DNA of 64,000 nt, taken from an uncultured Chloroflexia bacterium (GTDB lineage Bacteria; Chloroflexota; Limnocylindria; Limnocylindrales; CSP1-4). The stretch is from positions 2,070,476 to 2,134,475 of the forward strand of contig OY969796.1 of assembly GCA_963703155.1 (NCBI GenBank), given 5' to 3'. The position numbers and the translations under genes were made by a program. Shown one piece after another: positions 40,490 through 51,880 of the stretch (position 1 is its first letter; each line of letters opens with the position of its first letter). Under the pieces are notes generated by a model. It did no database searches. It saw nothing but the letters and a program-made list of their open reading frames with translations, and was not told where the DNA came from.

Positions 40490-42840
40490 GCGACCGCCGC
40501 CTGCGAGGGGAGCGGGGTCTCGCGCTCCGGGCTGGCCGGCGAGTGTCGGCTCGCCGATGTGGGAGAGGCGAGCGAGGCCAGGAGCCGCAGCGCGAGCGCC
40601 TTGCCGTCCACCTGCGGCTCCAGGCGCGGGCCTGTGCAGGCGGGACAGCCTGCCCCGCAGCCGCAGGCTCGGATGAGCTCGGCCGCCCCCGTGACCAGCT
40701 CGTCGTGGCGGGCCCACAGGCGCTCCGAGAGCCCCACGCCGCCCGGCATCGCCTCGTAGAGGTAGATCGTCGGCGCCTCGTGGTGGGGCGAGCGGACCTG
40801 CGCCACGAGGCCGAGGTCACGGGGGTCCACCATGAGCAGAACGGCCGCCACGGCCTGGATCGCCCGCCCGGCGCCGATGAGCGCCACGTCGAGCTCGTCG
40901 CGCCGCCAGCCGACCGCCGCGGCCTCTGCGGTGAGCCAGTACGCGGTGGTCTGGAGCTCGATCTCCGGCAGGTCGATGGGGCCCCAGCCCACGTTCTCGT
41001 CCGTGCCGAACTTGAGCTTCTTGTACAGCGTCACGAGGCTCGCGACCATGACCTCGCCATGGACCCGCGACCCGCCAGCGGCCGGCGCCGTCGCGAACAC
41101 GTCGAGCGGCTTGAGCGTGACGGCGCGGTTCGCGTACGTGTAGTGGTCAGCGTCGATCTTGTGGACGTAGGCCTTGCGCTCGCCCCACTCGAGCCGGTCC
41201 ACGTGGTACTGCACTGACTCGTGCATGTAGATTGCGTGCTCGTGGACGAGGACCTGGGCGCTGAACAGGTCCACCTCGCCCAGCACCCGCGGCCGGTCGG
41301 GCGACGTGTCGATGATCACGACGTTCTCCGGTGCCGCGGCGCGGAGCGAGACCTCGGACGCGGGGAAGTTCTCCGAGCTCCAGTACCAGCGCCCGTCGTC
41401 CGCCTGGCGGACCTGTCCTCCCTCGGCGAGGAACGCGAGCAGCTCGTCCGCCGGGCCCGGGCCGAACCACTCACCGGGCTCGAACGGGAGCTCGAACGTG
41501 GCGGCGCGGACGTGGGCGAGCAGGACGTGGAGGTTGTCCGGATCCAGGCGCGCCTCCTCGGGCTGCCCGCCCAGCACGAAGTCCGGGTGGTGGATGACGT
41601 ACTGGTCCACCGGCGCGGGGGAGGCGACCAGCACCGCGACGCTCACGTCCCCGCGCCGACCGGCGCGGCCCATCTGCTGCCACGTCCCGGCAATCGAGCC
41701 CGGGTAGCCGGCGAGGATCGCGACGTCGAGCCGCCCGATGTCCACGCCCAGTTCCAGCGCGTTGGTGGACACGACGCCCAGCACCTCGCCGTCCCGAAGG
41801 CCGCGCTCGATCGATCGGCGTTCCGTGGGCAGGTAGCCGCCCCGGTAGCCACGGAGACGGCTTCTCGGCCCGAGGTCCTGGCGGAGCCGCTCCCGCAGGT
41901 TGCTGAGCATGATCTCGACCTGGACGCGGCTCCTGCCGAACACGACGGTCTGCCGTCCTGCGCGCAGGAACGGGAGCGCCCAGCGCTCGGCGAGGGTGAG
42001 CGCTGAGCCCCGAGCACCGGTGGAAACGTCGATCACCGGCGGGTCGACGAGCACCAGGTGCTTCTCGCCCGACGGCGCGCCGTTGCGGTCGATGAGCAGG
42101 ACTGGGCGGCCAATGAGGGTCTCGGCGAGCTCCGACGGATTGCCGATGGTGGCAGAGCAGCACACGATGACCGGATGGCTGCCGTAGTGGGCGCACAGGC
42201 GGAGCAGCCGACGAAGCACGTTGGCGACGTGCGAGCCGAACACGCCCCGGTAGGTGTGGAGCTCGTCGATGACGATGACGCGGAGCTGCTCGAACAGCTG
42301 GAACCACTTGGTGTGGTGGGGGAGGATGGCCGAGTGGAGCATGTCCGGGTTGGTCACCACCACCTGGCCAGCCTTGCGGATCGCCGAGCGGATGGGCGCG
42401 GGCGTGTCGCCGTCGTAGGCGGCGGACGAGACCTCGAGCTCCGCCTCACGGACCAGGTCGCTGATCTCCGCCACCTGGTCCTGCGCCAGTGCCTTGGTGG
42501 GGAACAGGAACAGCGCCCTGGCCGACGGGTCCTCCGCCAGTGCCTGGAGCACCGGCACCGTGTAGCACAGCGACTTGCCCGACGCCGTGGGGGTCACCAC
42601 GACGACGTCCCGCCCGGCGTGGACCGCCTCGATGGCATCGGCCTGGTGGAGGTAGGGCCGCTCGATGCCGCGCTTGGCGAGGCCGGCGCGGAGCCGAGGG
42701 TCCAGCCAGGCCGGCCATTCGGCGTAGCGTGCCTCGGTGGCCGGCCGAACCTCGTGGTGCACGACGCCGCGGGCGAGCGATGGCTCGTCCAGGATCCGCT
42801 CGAGCACGGCGAGCGTGGGCGCGGGGGCGTAGGTGCGCAT
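40486..42840 (-). CDS. DEAD/DEAH box helicase with DUF1998 (YprA/MrfA, Hrq1-like)
   Basis: TPTASGKS, FPTKALAQDQ, TNPDMLH, DELHTY, ALELGVDIG, QQMGRAGRR, C-terminal CGCGAGCPAC. Confidence 0.93.
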   Translation of the reverse strand: MRTYAPAPTLAVLERILDEPSLARGVVHHEVRPATEARYAEWPAWLDPRLRAGLAKRGIERPYLHQADAIEAVHAGRDVVVVTPTASGKSLCYTVPVLQALAEDPSARALFLFPTKALAQDQVAEISDLVREAELEVSSAAYDGDTPAPIRSAIRKAGQVVVTNPDMLHSAILPHHTKWFQLFEQLRVIVIDELHTYRGVFGSHVANVLRRLLRLCAHYGSHPVIVCCSATIGNPSELAETLIGRPVLLIDRNGAPSGEKHLVLVDPPVIDVSTGARGSALTLAERWALPFLRAGRQTVVFGRSRVQVEIMLSNLRERLRQDLGPRSRLRGYRGGYLPTERRSIERGLRDGEVLGVVSTNALELGVDIGRLDVAILAGYPGSIAGTWQQMGRAGRRGDVSVAVLVASPAPVDQYVIHHPDFVLGGQPEEARLDPDNLHVLLAHVRAATFELPFEPGEWFGPGPADELLAFLAEGGQVRQADDGRWYWSSENFPASEVSLRAAAPENVVIIDTSPDRPRVLGEVDLFSAQVLVHEHAIYMHESVQYHVDRLEWGERKAYVHKIDADHYTYANRAVTLKPLDVFATAPAAGGSRVHGEVMVASLVTLYKKLKFGTDENVGWGPIDLPEIELQTTAYWLTAEAAAVGWRRDELDVALIGAGRAIQAVAAVLLMVDPRDLGLVAQVRSPHHEAPTIYLYEAMPGGVGLSERLWARHDELVTGAAELIRACGCGAGCPACTGPRLEPQVDGKALALRLLASLASPTSASRHSPASPERETPLPSQAAVA

Positions 42841-42982
42841 GGTCGGCTCCGATGCAAACCGAACGGATGAGCGAATTGGAGCGAAGTCTACGCCAGCCTG
42901 CCCGGGACGTGTGACACCTCGGCTGTCACAGCGCGTGCGGGGGTCAGCCGGAAACGCTGCCACGAAGACGGCCAAGACCGGG

Positions 42983-43011
42983 TTGACAGCCGAATCGGGC
43001 GAAGCTACCCT
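42983..43011 (+). promoter_or_regulatory. Promoter TTGACA-17-TACCCT, 7 nt before the ATG (leaderless)
   Basis: Consensus -35 at 42983-42988, -10 at 43006-43011, ATG at 43019. Confidence 0.8.
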
Positions 43012-43018
43012 CGCCGCA

Positions 43019-43555
43019 ATGTCTCGACCCGATGCACCTGATCGCGCCCCCCAGCCCGAGGCAGCCGAGTCCGCCGCGGCCCCGGCGCCCTCTTGGGGCG
43101 GAGCCGCCTCCGTCAGCCTCGCTGACCTTCCCGTCGCCGGGCTGACCCGCCGCCGCGTTGCGCTGCTCCTTGGCTCCCTCATCGCCGCCTGGGTCATCCT
43201 GCTGTTCGCGCACCAGGTGGGGCAGGCGAGCGAGGCCTCTGCCCGCGCAGACGCGATGCGCACGTCGAACGCCTCGCTCCAGGCTGATGTGGCCGGTCTT
43301 CAGACTGAGCTCGCGCTGATCCAGCGCCAGGCCTACGTGGAGCAGCAGGCGCGCGCCTACCGGCTGGGGACACCCCGCGAGATCCCGTTCGCGCTGGCGG
43401 ACAACGCGCCTGCTCTCCCGCCCGACGCCCCCGGCTCGGCCAACGTGCGCCTGGGCGCCGTCGCCGAGCAGCCGAGCCCACTCGAGCAGTGGATTCGGCT
43501 TCTGTTCGGTCCAGGCGGCGGTCCGTCGAACCCGGCGGGCAGCCCGAAGGGCTGA
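43019..43555 (+). CDS. Septum formation initiator (FtsB/DivIC-like)
   Basis: One TM helix, coiled coil, AYVEQQARAYRLG.P.E motif typical of FtsB/DivIC. Confidence 0.75.
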   Translation: MSRPDAPDRAPQPEAAESAAAPAPSWGGAASVSLADLPVAGLTRRRVALLLGSLIAAWVILLFAHQVGQASEASARADAMRTSNASLQADVAGLQTELALIQRQAYVEQQARAYRLGTPREIPFALADNAPALPPDAPGSANVRLGAVAEQPSPLEQWIRLLFGPGGGPSNPAGSPKG

Positions 43556-43579
43556 CGCCGCCGGGTCCGCTCGGGCGGA

Positions 43580-45140
43580 CTAGTGGAGTGCGAGCTCTGC
43601 GACCGAGACCGCCTGTTGGCACGCGTTCGGCGAGTACGGGATGCCCGTGTCGCTGGACGCCTGGTCGAAGTTGAGGTCTCCGAAGGTGGTGCCGACGAGG
43701 AGGCTCACGTACACGAGATCGTTGCCCTTGCGCACCAGGGCGCCGGTGGCCGGGTACGTGTCGGACCAGCCCGTGCAGAAGGCCTGGTCGTCGGCGCCCG
43801 GCACATCCACCGCGAAGTACTGGCCGGTCTGAGCCTTTGACTTCTCGGTTGCGAACACGGCTGCCGCGTCGCCGTTGCTGTACTTCGCGATCCTTCCGTA
43901 GCCGCCGGAGTTCTGGTTCGCGCTCGGGCTGGCGCCCGAGATGATGTAGCAGTTGTCGGCGTTGGGCAGCACGCGCTTGTCGAGGGTGAGGCCGATCGTG
44001 CTGTTGGCCAGGCCGGAAATCGGGTGTGCCTCGGTATCGGAGCCGAGCGTGCTCTTGAGTTGTGCGCTCGACACGATCGAACAGTCCTTGAGGTTGCCGC
44101 TCGAGTCGATCCCGAAGCCGCTGAGGAAGCTCGAGCCCACGACCCACAGGGCGATGAAGCTGATGATCGCGAGGACCACCAAGATGACGCCGACGACGAG
44201 GCAGGCCTTGAGGCACCCGCTGGTGCCGGTCTTGGCGGGCGGCGGGGCACCGTAGACGTAGTTCGGTTGCGGCTGGCCGGGTGCACCCCAACCGGGCTGG
44301 GGGGCGGGTCCCTGCGGCGGGGGGGCGGCGCTCCAGCCGGGCTGCGGGGCCGGGGCCTGCGGGGCCGGGGCCTGCGGAGGCGGGGCGGCGCTCCAGCCGG
44401 GCTGCGGGGCGGCAGGCTGCTGGGGGGTGGCGCCCCATGCGGGGGCCTGCGGCTGGGCAGGCTGCTGCGGCTGGGCCGGCTGAGCCGGCTGAGGCGCGCC
44501 GCCCCACGCCGGCTGTCCGGAGGGCGGTTCAGGCGCCGTGTTCCAAGTTGGCTGGGGCGCCGGCTGGGCGTCCTGCTGCGCGACGCCGCCCCAGGCCGAA
44601 ACCTGCGGCTGCGCGGGCGCCTGCGGAGCCTCCACGGGCTGGGTGTCGGCCGGCAGCGGGGCTTCCTCTGGCTGCGTCGTGGCCTGCGGCTGCGGGGCCG
44701 GCTGCGGCGCGGCGCCCCACTGCGGCGCGGCGCCCCACTGCGTCGTGGCCTGCGGCTGCGTGGCGCTGCGGCTGCGGGGCCGGCTGAGCCGGCTGCGGCG
44801 CGGCGCCCCACTGCGTCGTGGCCTGCGGCTGCGGGGCCGTCTGCGGCGCGGTGGCCCCCCAGGCCGGGGCGGGCGTCTGGGGCGAAGCGCCCCAAGCAGG
44901 GGCCTGCGGCTGCGGTGCCGCACCGCCCCATTGCCCCTGGCCGCTCTGCGGCTGCGCTGGCTGCTGCGGTGCAGCGCCCCAACCAGGGATCGGGCCGCCG
45001 GCGCTCGGGTTCGGGTTTGGCGGCGGCGGCGTGGTCCACCCCGGCGCCGCAGGCTCTGCGGGCGGGGCGGGCGCGGGTTGCTGCGCCTCGGGCTCGGGCT
45101 GATCCGGACCGGCCCCCTGGCCGGGCATGTCGCTCGCCAT
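43580..45140 (-). pseudogene. Pro/Gln/Ala-rich membrane protein with Cys-containing extracellular domain; frameshift near 44762
   Basis: N-terminal part in ORF 44529..45140 (MASDMPGQ..., SD GGAG) continues in the frame of 43580..45556 with the same WGAAPQ repeats, then a TM helix and a globular domain. Confidence 0.75.
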
Positions 45141-45262
45141 CCACGTCTCCCCGTGCAGGAACTCTGGGCGCCGCCATTGTCACCGGTCGCGACGCTCACG
45201 GGAATGGGCAATTCTGAGGAGACCGCGCGGGGCGGGTAAACTGGTCTACAATCCGCGCCCGT

Positions 45263-45337
45263 GGCTGGGTAGCTCAGCGGCAGAGCAGGCGACTCATAAC
45301 CGCCCGGTCGACAGTTCAATTCTGTCCCCAGCCACCA
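45263..45337 (+). tRNA. tRNA with CAT anticodon (Ile2-like or elongator Met)
   Basis: GGCTGGG/CCCAGCC acceptor stem, TAGCTCAG D arm, CTCATAA loop, GTTCAAT T loop, encoded CCA; -10 TACAAT at 45247. Confidence 0.93.
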
Positions 45338-45346
45338 GCACTCATC

Positions 45347-45385
45347 ACCCGTTCGGGCGATCAACCCGGGCGGGTCTTCTGTTTG
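45347..45385 (+). terminator. Intrinsic terminator after the tRNA
   Basis: ACCCGTTCGGG...CCCGGGCGGGT stem followed by CTTCTGTTT. Confidence 0.6.
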
Positions 45386-45546
45386 ATGCGTCACGAGTCG
45401 CCGGGCATGCATCCGCAACGGGGGCCGGGGCGTACTGACGGGAAGCGAGCGCGAAACCCTCGGTCGGAGGGCCGTCCGGGGACCCGGCGCTATACTCGCC
45501 CGACGGCCGGCACGCTCCGGCCTCTGACCTTTCGGAGGCGCTCCGT

Positions 45547-47484
<1,938 letters not shown>

Positions 47485-47516
47485 CGCCGGGGCCGCGAGG
47501 CCACACCAGAACCACC

Positions 47517-47543
47517 CGAGGGCGGACCACCGGTCCGCCCTCG
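47517..47543 (+). terminator. Perfect 12-bp hairpin after ftsH
   Basis: CGAGGGCGGACC-ACC-GGTCCGCCCTCG. Confidence 0.6.
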
Positions 47544-47573
47544 CTGCTTGTCCGGGCCGGGTAGCATCGGGAC

Positions 47574-49025
47574 GTGCCATCCCAGCCGCCAGGAGCCACC
47601 ATGACCGACGTGCCGCGCAGCCCCGAGCCCACCCCGATCGACCCCGCCGTCGAGGCGGCCCTGGTGGCCTCTCGAGAGGCGCGGGCGGCGGCCCTCCTGG
47701 AGTTCGCGAGGATCCCCAGCGTCTCCACCCAACCGCAGTACGCGGCGGACATGGTGACCGCCGCTGAGTGGATTGCCGACAAGCTCCGGGGCGTGGGCGC
47801 CACTGAGGTGGAGGTCTGCGCGACCGAGCTCCACCCGATCGTCTACGGGCGGATCCACGAGGCGCCCGGCGCGCCGACGGTGCTCGTCTACTGCCACTTC
47901 GACGTCCAGCCGGTCGACCCGATCGAGCTGTGGGAGACGGCCCCGTTCGAGCCGTTCCTGCGTGACGGGCGGTTCGTGGGGCGCGGCGTGGCGGACGACA
48001 AGGGCCAGCTGGTGATGCACCTCTCGGCGCTCGAGGCGCTGCGGGCGGTGGGACGGGCGCCAGCCGTGAACCTGACGTTCGTGTTCGAGGGCGAGGAGGA
48101 GTTCGGCTCCGAGAGCCTGTTCAAGTGGATCCCCGAGAACCGCGACCGCCTGGCCGCCGACGTCGCGGTGATCAGCGACACCACGTACTTCGAGGGCAAC
48201 GTCCCGGCGATCACCGTGGCGCTGCGCGGGATCATGTACGCCCAGATCGACGTGGAGCTGTCGCCGGTCGACCTGCACTCGGGGCAGTACGGCGGCTCGG
48301 TCGAGAACCCCGCCATCGCGCTGGCCCGGATCATCACGGCCCTCAAGGGCCCGGACGGCCGCGTGAGGATCCCCACCTTCTACGACGATGTGGTCCCGCT
48401 CACCGACGCGGACCGCGCCCAGATGGCCGGCCTGCCGTTCGACGAGGAGGCGTTCCGCGAGGAGACGCAGGTCTCGGCGCTGGTGGGCGAGACGGGCTGG
48501 ACCATCCTCGAGAGCCGTACGGCCCGGCCGACGCTGGATGTGAACGGGATCTGGGGCGGCTTCCAGGGCGACGGCGCCAAGACGATCATCCCGGCCCACG
48601 CCCACGCGAAGGTGTCGACGCGGCTCGTCGCGGACCAGAAGCCCGACAAGGTCTTCGCGGCCTTGCGCGACTACGTCGCCCAGGTGGCGCCTCCGGGCGT
48701 GAAGGTGACCACGACGTTCATCCACGGCGGCGAGGCGAGCCTGACGCCGACCGACCACCCGGCGACGCAGGCCGCGGCGCGCGCCATCCGGGCCGTCGAG
48801 GGCGTGGACCCGGTGTACATCCGCGAGGGCGGCTCGATCCCGGTCACGGCCGCGTTCAGCAGCGTCTTGGGGCTGCCGGTGGTCCTGGCGGGCTTCGACC
48901 AGCCCAACTGCAACGCCCACGCCCCCAACGAGTGGCTCGACGAGCACAACTTCGAGGCCGGCACGCGGATCATCGTCCGGCTCTGGGACGAGCTCGCGAG
49001 TCTGCCGCGCGGCGAAGCAGGGTAG
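47574..49025 (+). CDS. M20 family dipeptidase
   Basis: Y.HFDVQP, RGVADDKGQ, EGEEE, DLHSG, GGSIP, HAPNE. Alternative start at ATG 47601. Confidence 0.92.
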   Translation: MPSQPPGATMTDVPRSPEPTPIDPAVEAALVASREARAAALLEFARIPSVSTQPQYAADMVTAAEWIADKLRGVGATEVEVCATELHPIVYGRIHEAPGAPTVLVYCHFDVQPVDPIELWETAPFEPFLRDGRFVGRGVADDKGQLVMHLSALEALRAVGRAPAVNLTFVFEGEEEFGSESLFKWIPENRDRLAADVAVISDTTYFEGNVPAITVALRGIMYAQIDVELSPVDLHSGQYGGSVENPAIALARIITALKGPDGRVRIPTFYDDVVPLTDADRAQMAGLPFDEEAFREETQVSALVGETGWTILESRTARPTLDVNGIWGGFQGDGAKTIIPAHAHAKVSTRLVADQKPDKVFAALRDYVAQVAPPGVKVTTTFIHGGEASLTPTDHPATQAAARAIRAVEGVDPVYIREGGSIPVTAAFSSVLGLPVVLAGFDQPNCNAHAPNEWLDEHNFEAGTRIIVRLWDELASLPRGEAG

Positions 49026-49084
49026 GCGAGTGGCAGGACGATCGGCGCAGGGGCGCCACCTCGCACGAGTGTTAGGATGCGGTG

Positions 49085-50200
49085 ATGGTGGGTTCCGCGG
49101 GAGGGCATGACGGCGTGACGACGGAAACCGGGCCGGCGGAGACCGGGCCGCTGCCGAGGTCGGCTTGGCGGCTCGACGGGCCCAACGGCAGCTTGGCGCC
49201 CCGGTCGGCGATCGAGGTGCTGGTCGACCTCAACGACAAGGTCGCCACCGGCAAGGTGGGTGAATACCAGCCCCTGCCGCTTGGATTCACGCCCCTCGAC
49301 AAGACGATCGGCACCGGCCTGCGAGCGGGCGAGCTGATGCTCATCGGCGGCGCCCAGGGCACGGGCAAGACCACGATGGCGCTCCAGATGGCCCGCAACG
49401 TGGCCTCGGGGGGCCAGGCGAACGTGCTCTACATCTGCTACGAGCACGACGAGCTCTACCTGCTCAACCGCCTGATCGCCGCTGAGTCGGCCCTTGCCCA
49501 CCTGCCCCACACCACGGGCGCCATCAAGATCCAGGACGTGCGCAAGGAGATCCTGGGCACCTGGATGTCCGAGGGCGGCGGCGTGGCCCAGCTGGCGGCG
49601 AACCCGCGCCTGCGGCCGTCGCTCGACCGCATCGCCCGCTACGGCCAGAACCTGTTCCTGCTCCGCGGCACGCAGACCGCCAGCACCATCGACGGGATCC
49701 GCGAGCTGGTCCAGCAGCATCGCGTCCTGTCGGGCGACCGGCGGCTGATGGTCGTCGTCGACTACATGCAGAAGGTGCCGGTCATCCCCGAGCCCTCCAA
49801 CGAATTGGAGAAGGTCACCTTCGTCATCAACGGCCTCAAGGACATCGCGCTGTCCGAGGACGTGCCCATGATCGCGATCGTGGCCGCGGACAAGGAGGGC
49901 CTCAAGGCGTCGCGGCTGCGCAACTACCACCTGCGCGGCTCGTCGGCCATCAACTACGAGGCCGACATCATCCTGATCCTCAACGAGAAGTACCAGATCG
50001 TCGCCAAGGTCAACATCGAGTTCAACCCGTACCAGGCGCAGCGGTTCCGCGACTGGGTGGTGCTCTCCGTGGAGAAGAACCGCGGCGGCATGGACGCGGT
50101 TGACCTCGAGTTCGAGAAGCACTTCGAGTTCTCCTGCTTCGACCCGAACGGGCGCACGGTGCAGGAGAAGCTGATCGAGGAGCGCCTCTACAACGACTAG
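49085..50200 (+). CDS. DnaB-like helicase C-terminal (RecA-fold) domain-only protein
   Basis: GGAQGTGKT, ICYE, VVDYMQ, LRGSSAINYEAD, EKNRGG; no DnaB N-terminal domain. Confidence 0.82.
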   Translation: MVGSAGGHDGVTTETGPAETGPLPRSAWRLDGPNGSLAPRSAIEVLVDLNDKVATGKVGEYQPLPLGFTPLDKTIGTGLRAGELMLIGGAQGTGKTTMALQMARNVASGGQANVLYICYEHDELYLLNRLIAAESALAHLPHTTGAIKIQDVRKEILGTWMSEGGGVAQLAANPRLRPSLDRIARYGQNLFLLRGTQTASTIDGIRELVQQHRVLSGDRRLMVVVDYMQKVPVIPEPSNELEKVTFVINGLKDIALSEDVPMIAIVAADKEGLKASRLRNYHLRGSSAINYEADIILILNEKYQIVAKVNIEFNPYQAQRFRDWVVLSVEKNRGGMDAVDLEFEKHFEFSCFDPNGRTVQEKLIEERLYND

Positions 50201-50251
50201 CGGCAGGCCGGCTGGGCGTGGGGGCCGGCCGAACTTGTGGGCCCTGGGCCG

Positions 50252-50414
50252 TGGCCGGTCAAACCCGCCAGATCGCGCCAGATCCCCGAGCGCGCCCCGC
50301 CGTGCGCCCGGGATTGGCCGGTCGGACCCGCCAATTCTCGGCCAACAAGGGGTCCACCAGAGGTGCGGGGGCGCCGGATGGCGCGATTTGGCTGGTCCGA
50401 CCAGCCAGGGTCCT
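50252..50414. repeat. Three dispersed hairpin elements related to the 26-kb array
   Basis: GGCGCGATTTGGCTGGTCCGACCAGCCAGGGTCCT (+, 50380) and two inverted variants at 50252 and 50315. Confidence 0.65.
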
Positions 50415-50469
50415 GGCGGTACTCACGCTCGGCGCCGCCGGTCCGCGCGCCCGGGCGAATGGTCGGCCG

Positions 50470-50619
50470 ATCTGCCGCCGCAGTCGTGCGCCTCGTCGAC
50501 TGGGAGGCGACATCCGGCCGGTCTACGGTCAACCGCACATCGTGGGTGATGCCGTGCTGATCCCGATGAATTACAGCCCGGATGTGCAGTGGGTCCAGAA
50601 CGTGCTGGCGGCCCGCTGA
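50470..50619 (+). pseudogene. Remnant of a deazaflavin-dependent nitroreductase (Ddn/F420)-like gene
   Basis: Broken GRR-SGR-Y motif across frames, then VLIPMNYSPDVQWVQNVLAA, resembling Ddn-family YG...W..NV.AA. Confidence 0.5.
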
Positions 50620-50690
50620 TCCGACCCATCGTTGGCATGTCGCCTGTGGCGTCCGCACCCCGATGGACCCGAACCGCTAGAGTTCGCCGC

Positions 50691-51206
50691 ATGAGCAACC
50701 ATGCCGACAACTTCCCCGACATCGTCGAGATCGTGGTCGAGATCCCGCGTGGGAGCCGCAACAAGTACGAGTTCGACGAGGAGGCGGGCGTCTTCCGGCT
50801 CGACCGGGTGCTCTCGTCGGCCGTGTTCTACAACTTCGACTACGGCTTCATCGAGGGCACGCGCGCCGACGACGGCGACCACACGGACGCCCTGCTGATC
50901 ATCGACGAGCCGACGTTCACCGGCTGCCACGTCTGGGCGCGTCCCGTGGGCGGCCTGGAGATGCACGACGAGATGGGCTTCGACTTCAAGGTGCTCTGCG
51001 TGGCCATCGGCGACCCGCACCAGCAGCACATCGAGCGGCTGGACCAGATCCGCCCGCACCGACTGGTCGAGATCGAGCACTTCTTCGAGACCTACAAGCT
51101 GCTCGAGAAGAAGCAGGTCGACATCGACGGCTGGCGCGATCGCGACCGCGCGCACGAGGTCCTGCGCAGCGACCGTGAGCGCTTCGGACCGGAGCGTGGT
51201 GGCTGA
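50691..51206 (+). CDS. ppa: Inorganic pyrophosphatase (family I)
   Basis: VEIPRGSRNKYE, LDRVL, YGFI..T..DDGD..D, D.K, HFFETYK.LE. Confidence 0.95.
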   Translation: MSNHADNFPDIVEIVVEIPRGSRNKYEFDEEAGVFRLDRVLSSAVFYNFDYGFIEGTRADDGDHTDALLIIDEPTFTGCHVWARPVGGLEMHDEMGFDFKVLCVAIGDPHQQHIERLDQIRPHRLVEIEHFFETYKLLEKKQVDIDGWRDRDRAHEVLRSDRERFGPERGG

Positions 51207-51786
51207 GCAGCTCCAGCGCCTGTTCGTCGCGGTCACGGTCCCGCCCGCCGCGCTCGACGCGTGCTGCCAGGTCATCGACCCCGTCCGCACGAGCATGCTC
51301 GGCCGCGAGGCCCGCTGGGTCCGGACCGACAACCTCCACCTGACCATCCGCTTCCTGGGCGACACGCCACCCGACCTCGTGCCTGATGTGGGCCTGGCCG
51401 TGATCGCCGCCGCCGAGCGGGTCGAGCCCTTCCAGGTCGAGCTGGCCGGGGCGGGGGCCTTCCCCGACGGCCGCCACCCGCGGACGCTGTGGCTGGGCGT
51501 GGACCGGGGAAATGACGGCCTGATGCGGATCATCGACGCCCTCGAGGAGCCGCTGGACCGTCTGGGCTGGGCTCCCGACCCGCGCGCCCGCCGCCCGCAC
51601 CTCACGGTTGCGCGGACCGACGCAGTCCGCGGCGAGGTCAGCCACGCCATCGCCGACGCGCTGGCCCAGGCGGCGACCGACTGGCGGGCCGAGTTCGCCG
51701 TCCAGACGCTCACGCTCTTCCGGAGCCACTTGGGCGGTGGCCCGCCGCGCTACGAGCCCATCGTGGAGGCCGCCCTGCGCGCCTGA
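51199..51786 (+). CDS. thpR: RNA 2',3'-cyclic phosphodiesterase (2H family)
   Basis: RLFVAV, HLTIRFLG and PHLTVAR motifs. Confidence 0.9.
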   Translation: MAEQLQRLFVAVTVPPAALDACCQVIDPVRTSMLGREARWVRTDNLHLTIRFLGDTPPDLVPDVGLAVIAAAERVEPFQVELAGAGAFPDGRHPRTLWLGVDRGNDGLMRIIDALEEPLDRLGWAPDPRARRPHLTVARTDAVRGEVSHAIADALAQAATDWRAEFAVQTLTLFRSHLGGGPPRYEPIVEAALRA

Positions 51787-51880
51787 CCGCGCCAGCGTTC
51801 GCACCGCGTTTGCGGCGCGGGCGGCCGAGGCGCTAGGCTCGCACCTCCCCACAGTCGTACGAACCCGGGAGGAGACCTCG

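Noticed and set aside
45263..45337. Genomic island integrated at the tRNA
   Set aside because: No integrase, no duplicated tRNA 3' end noticed, and core genes lie on both sides.
49085..50200. Prophage replication module or KaiC clock protein
   Set aside because: No phage genes nearby; motifs are DnaB-type (DYMQ, KNR) in a single domain, and there is no kaiB.
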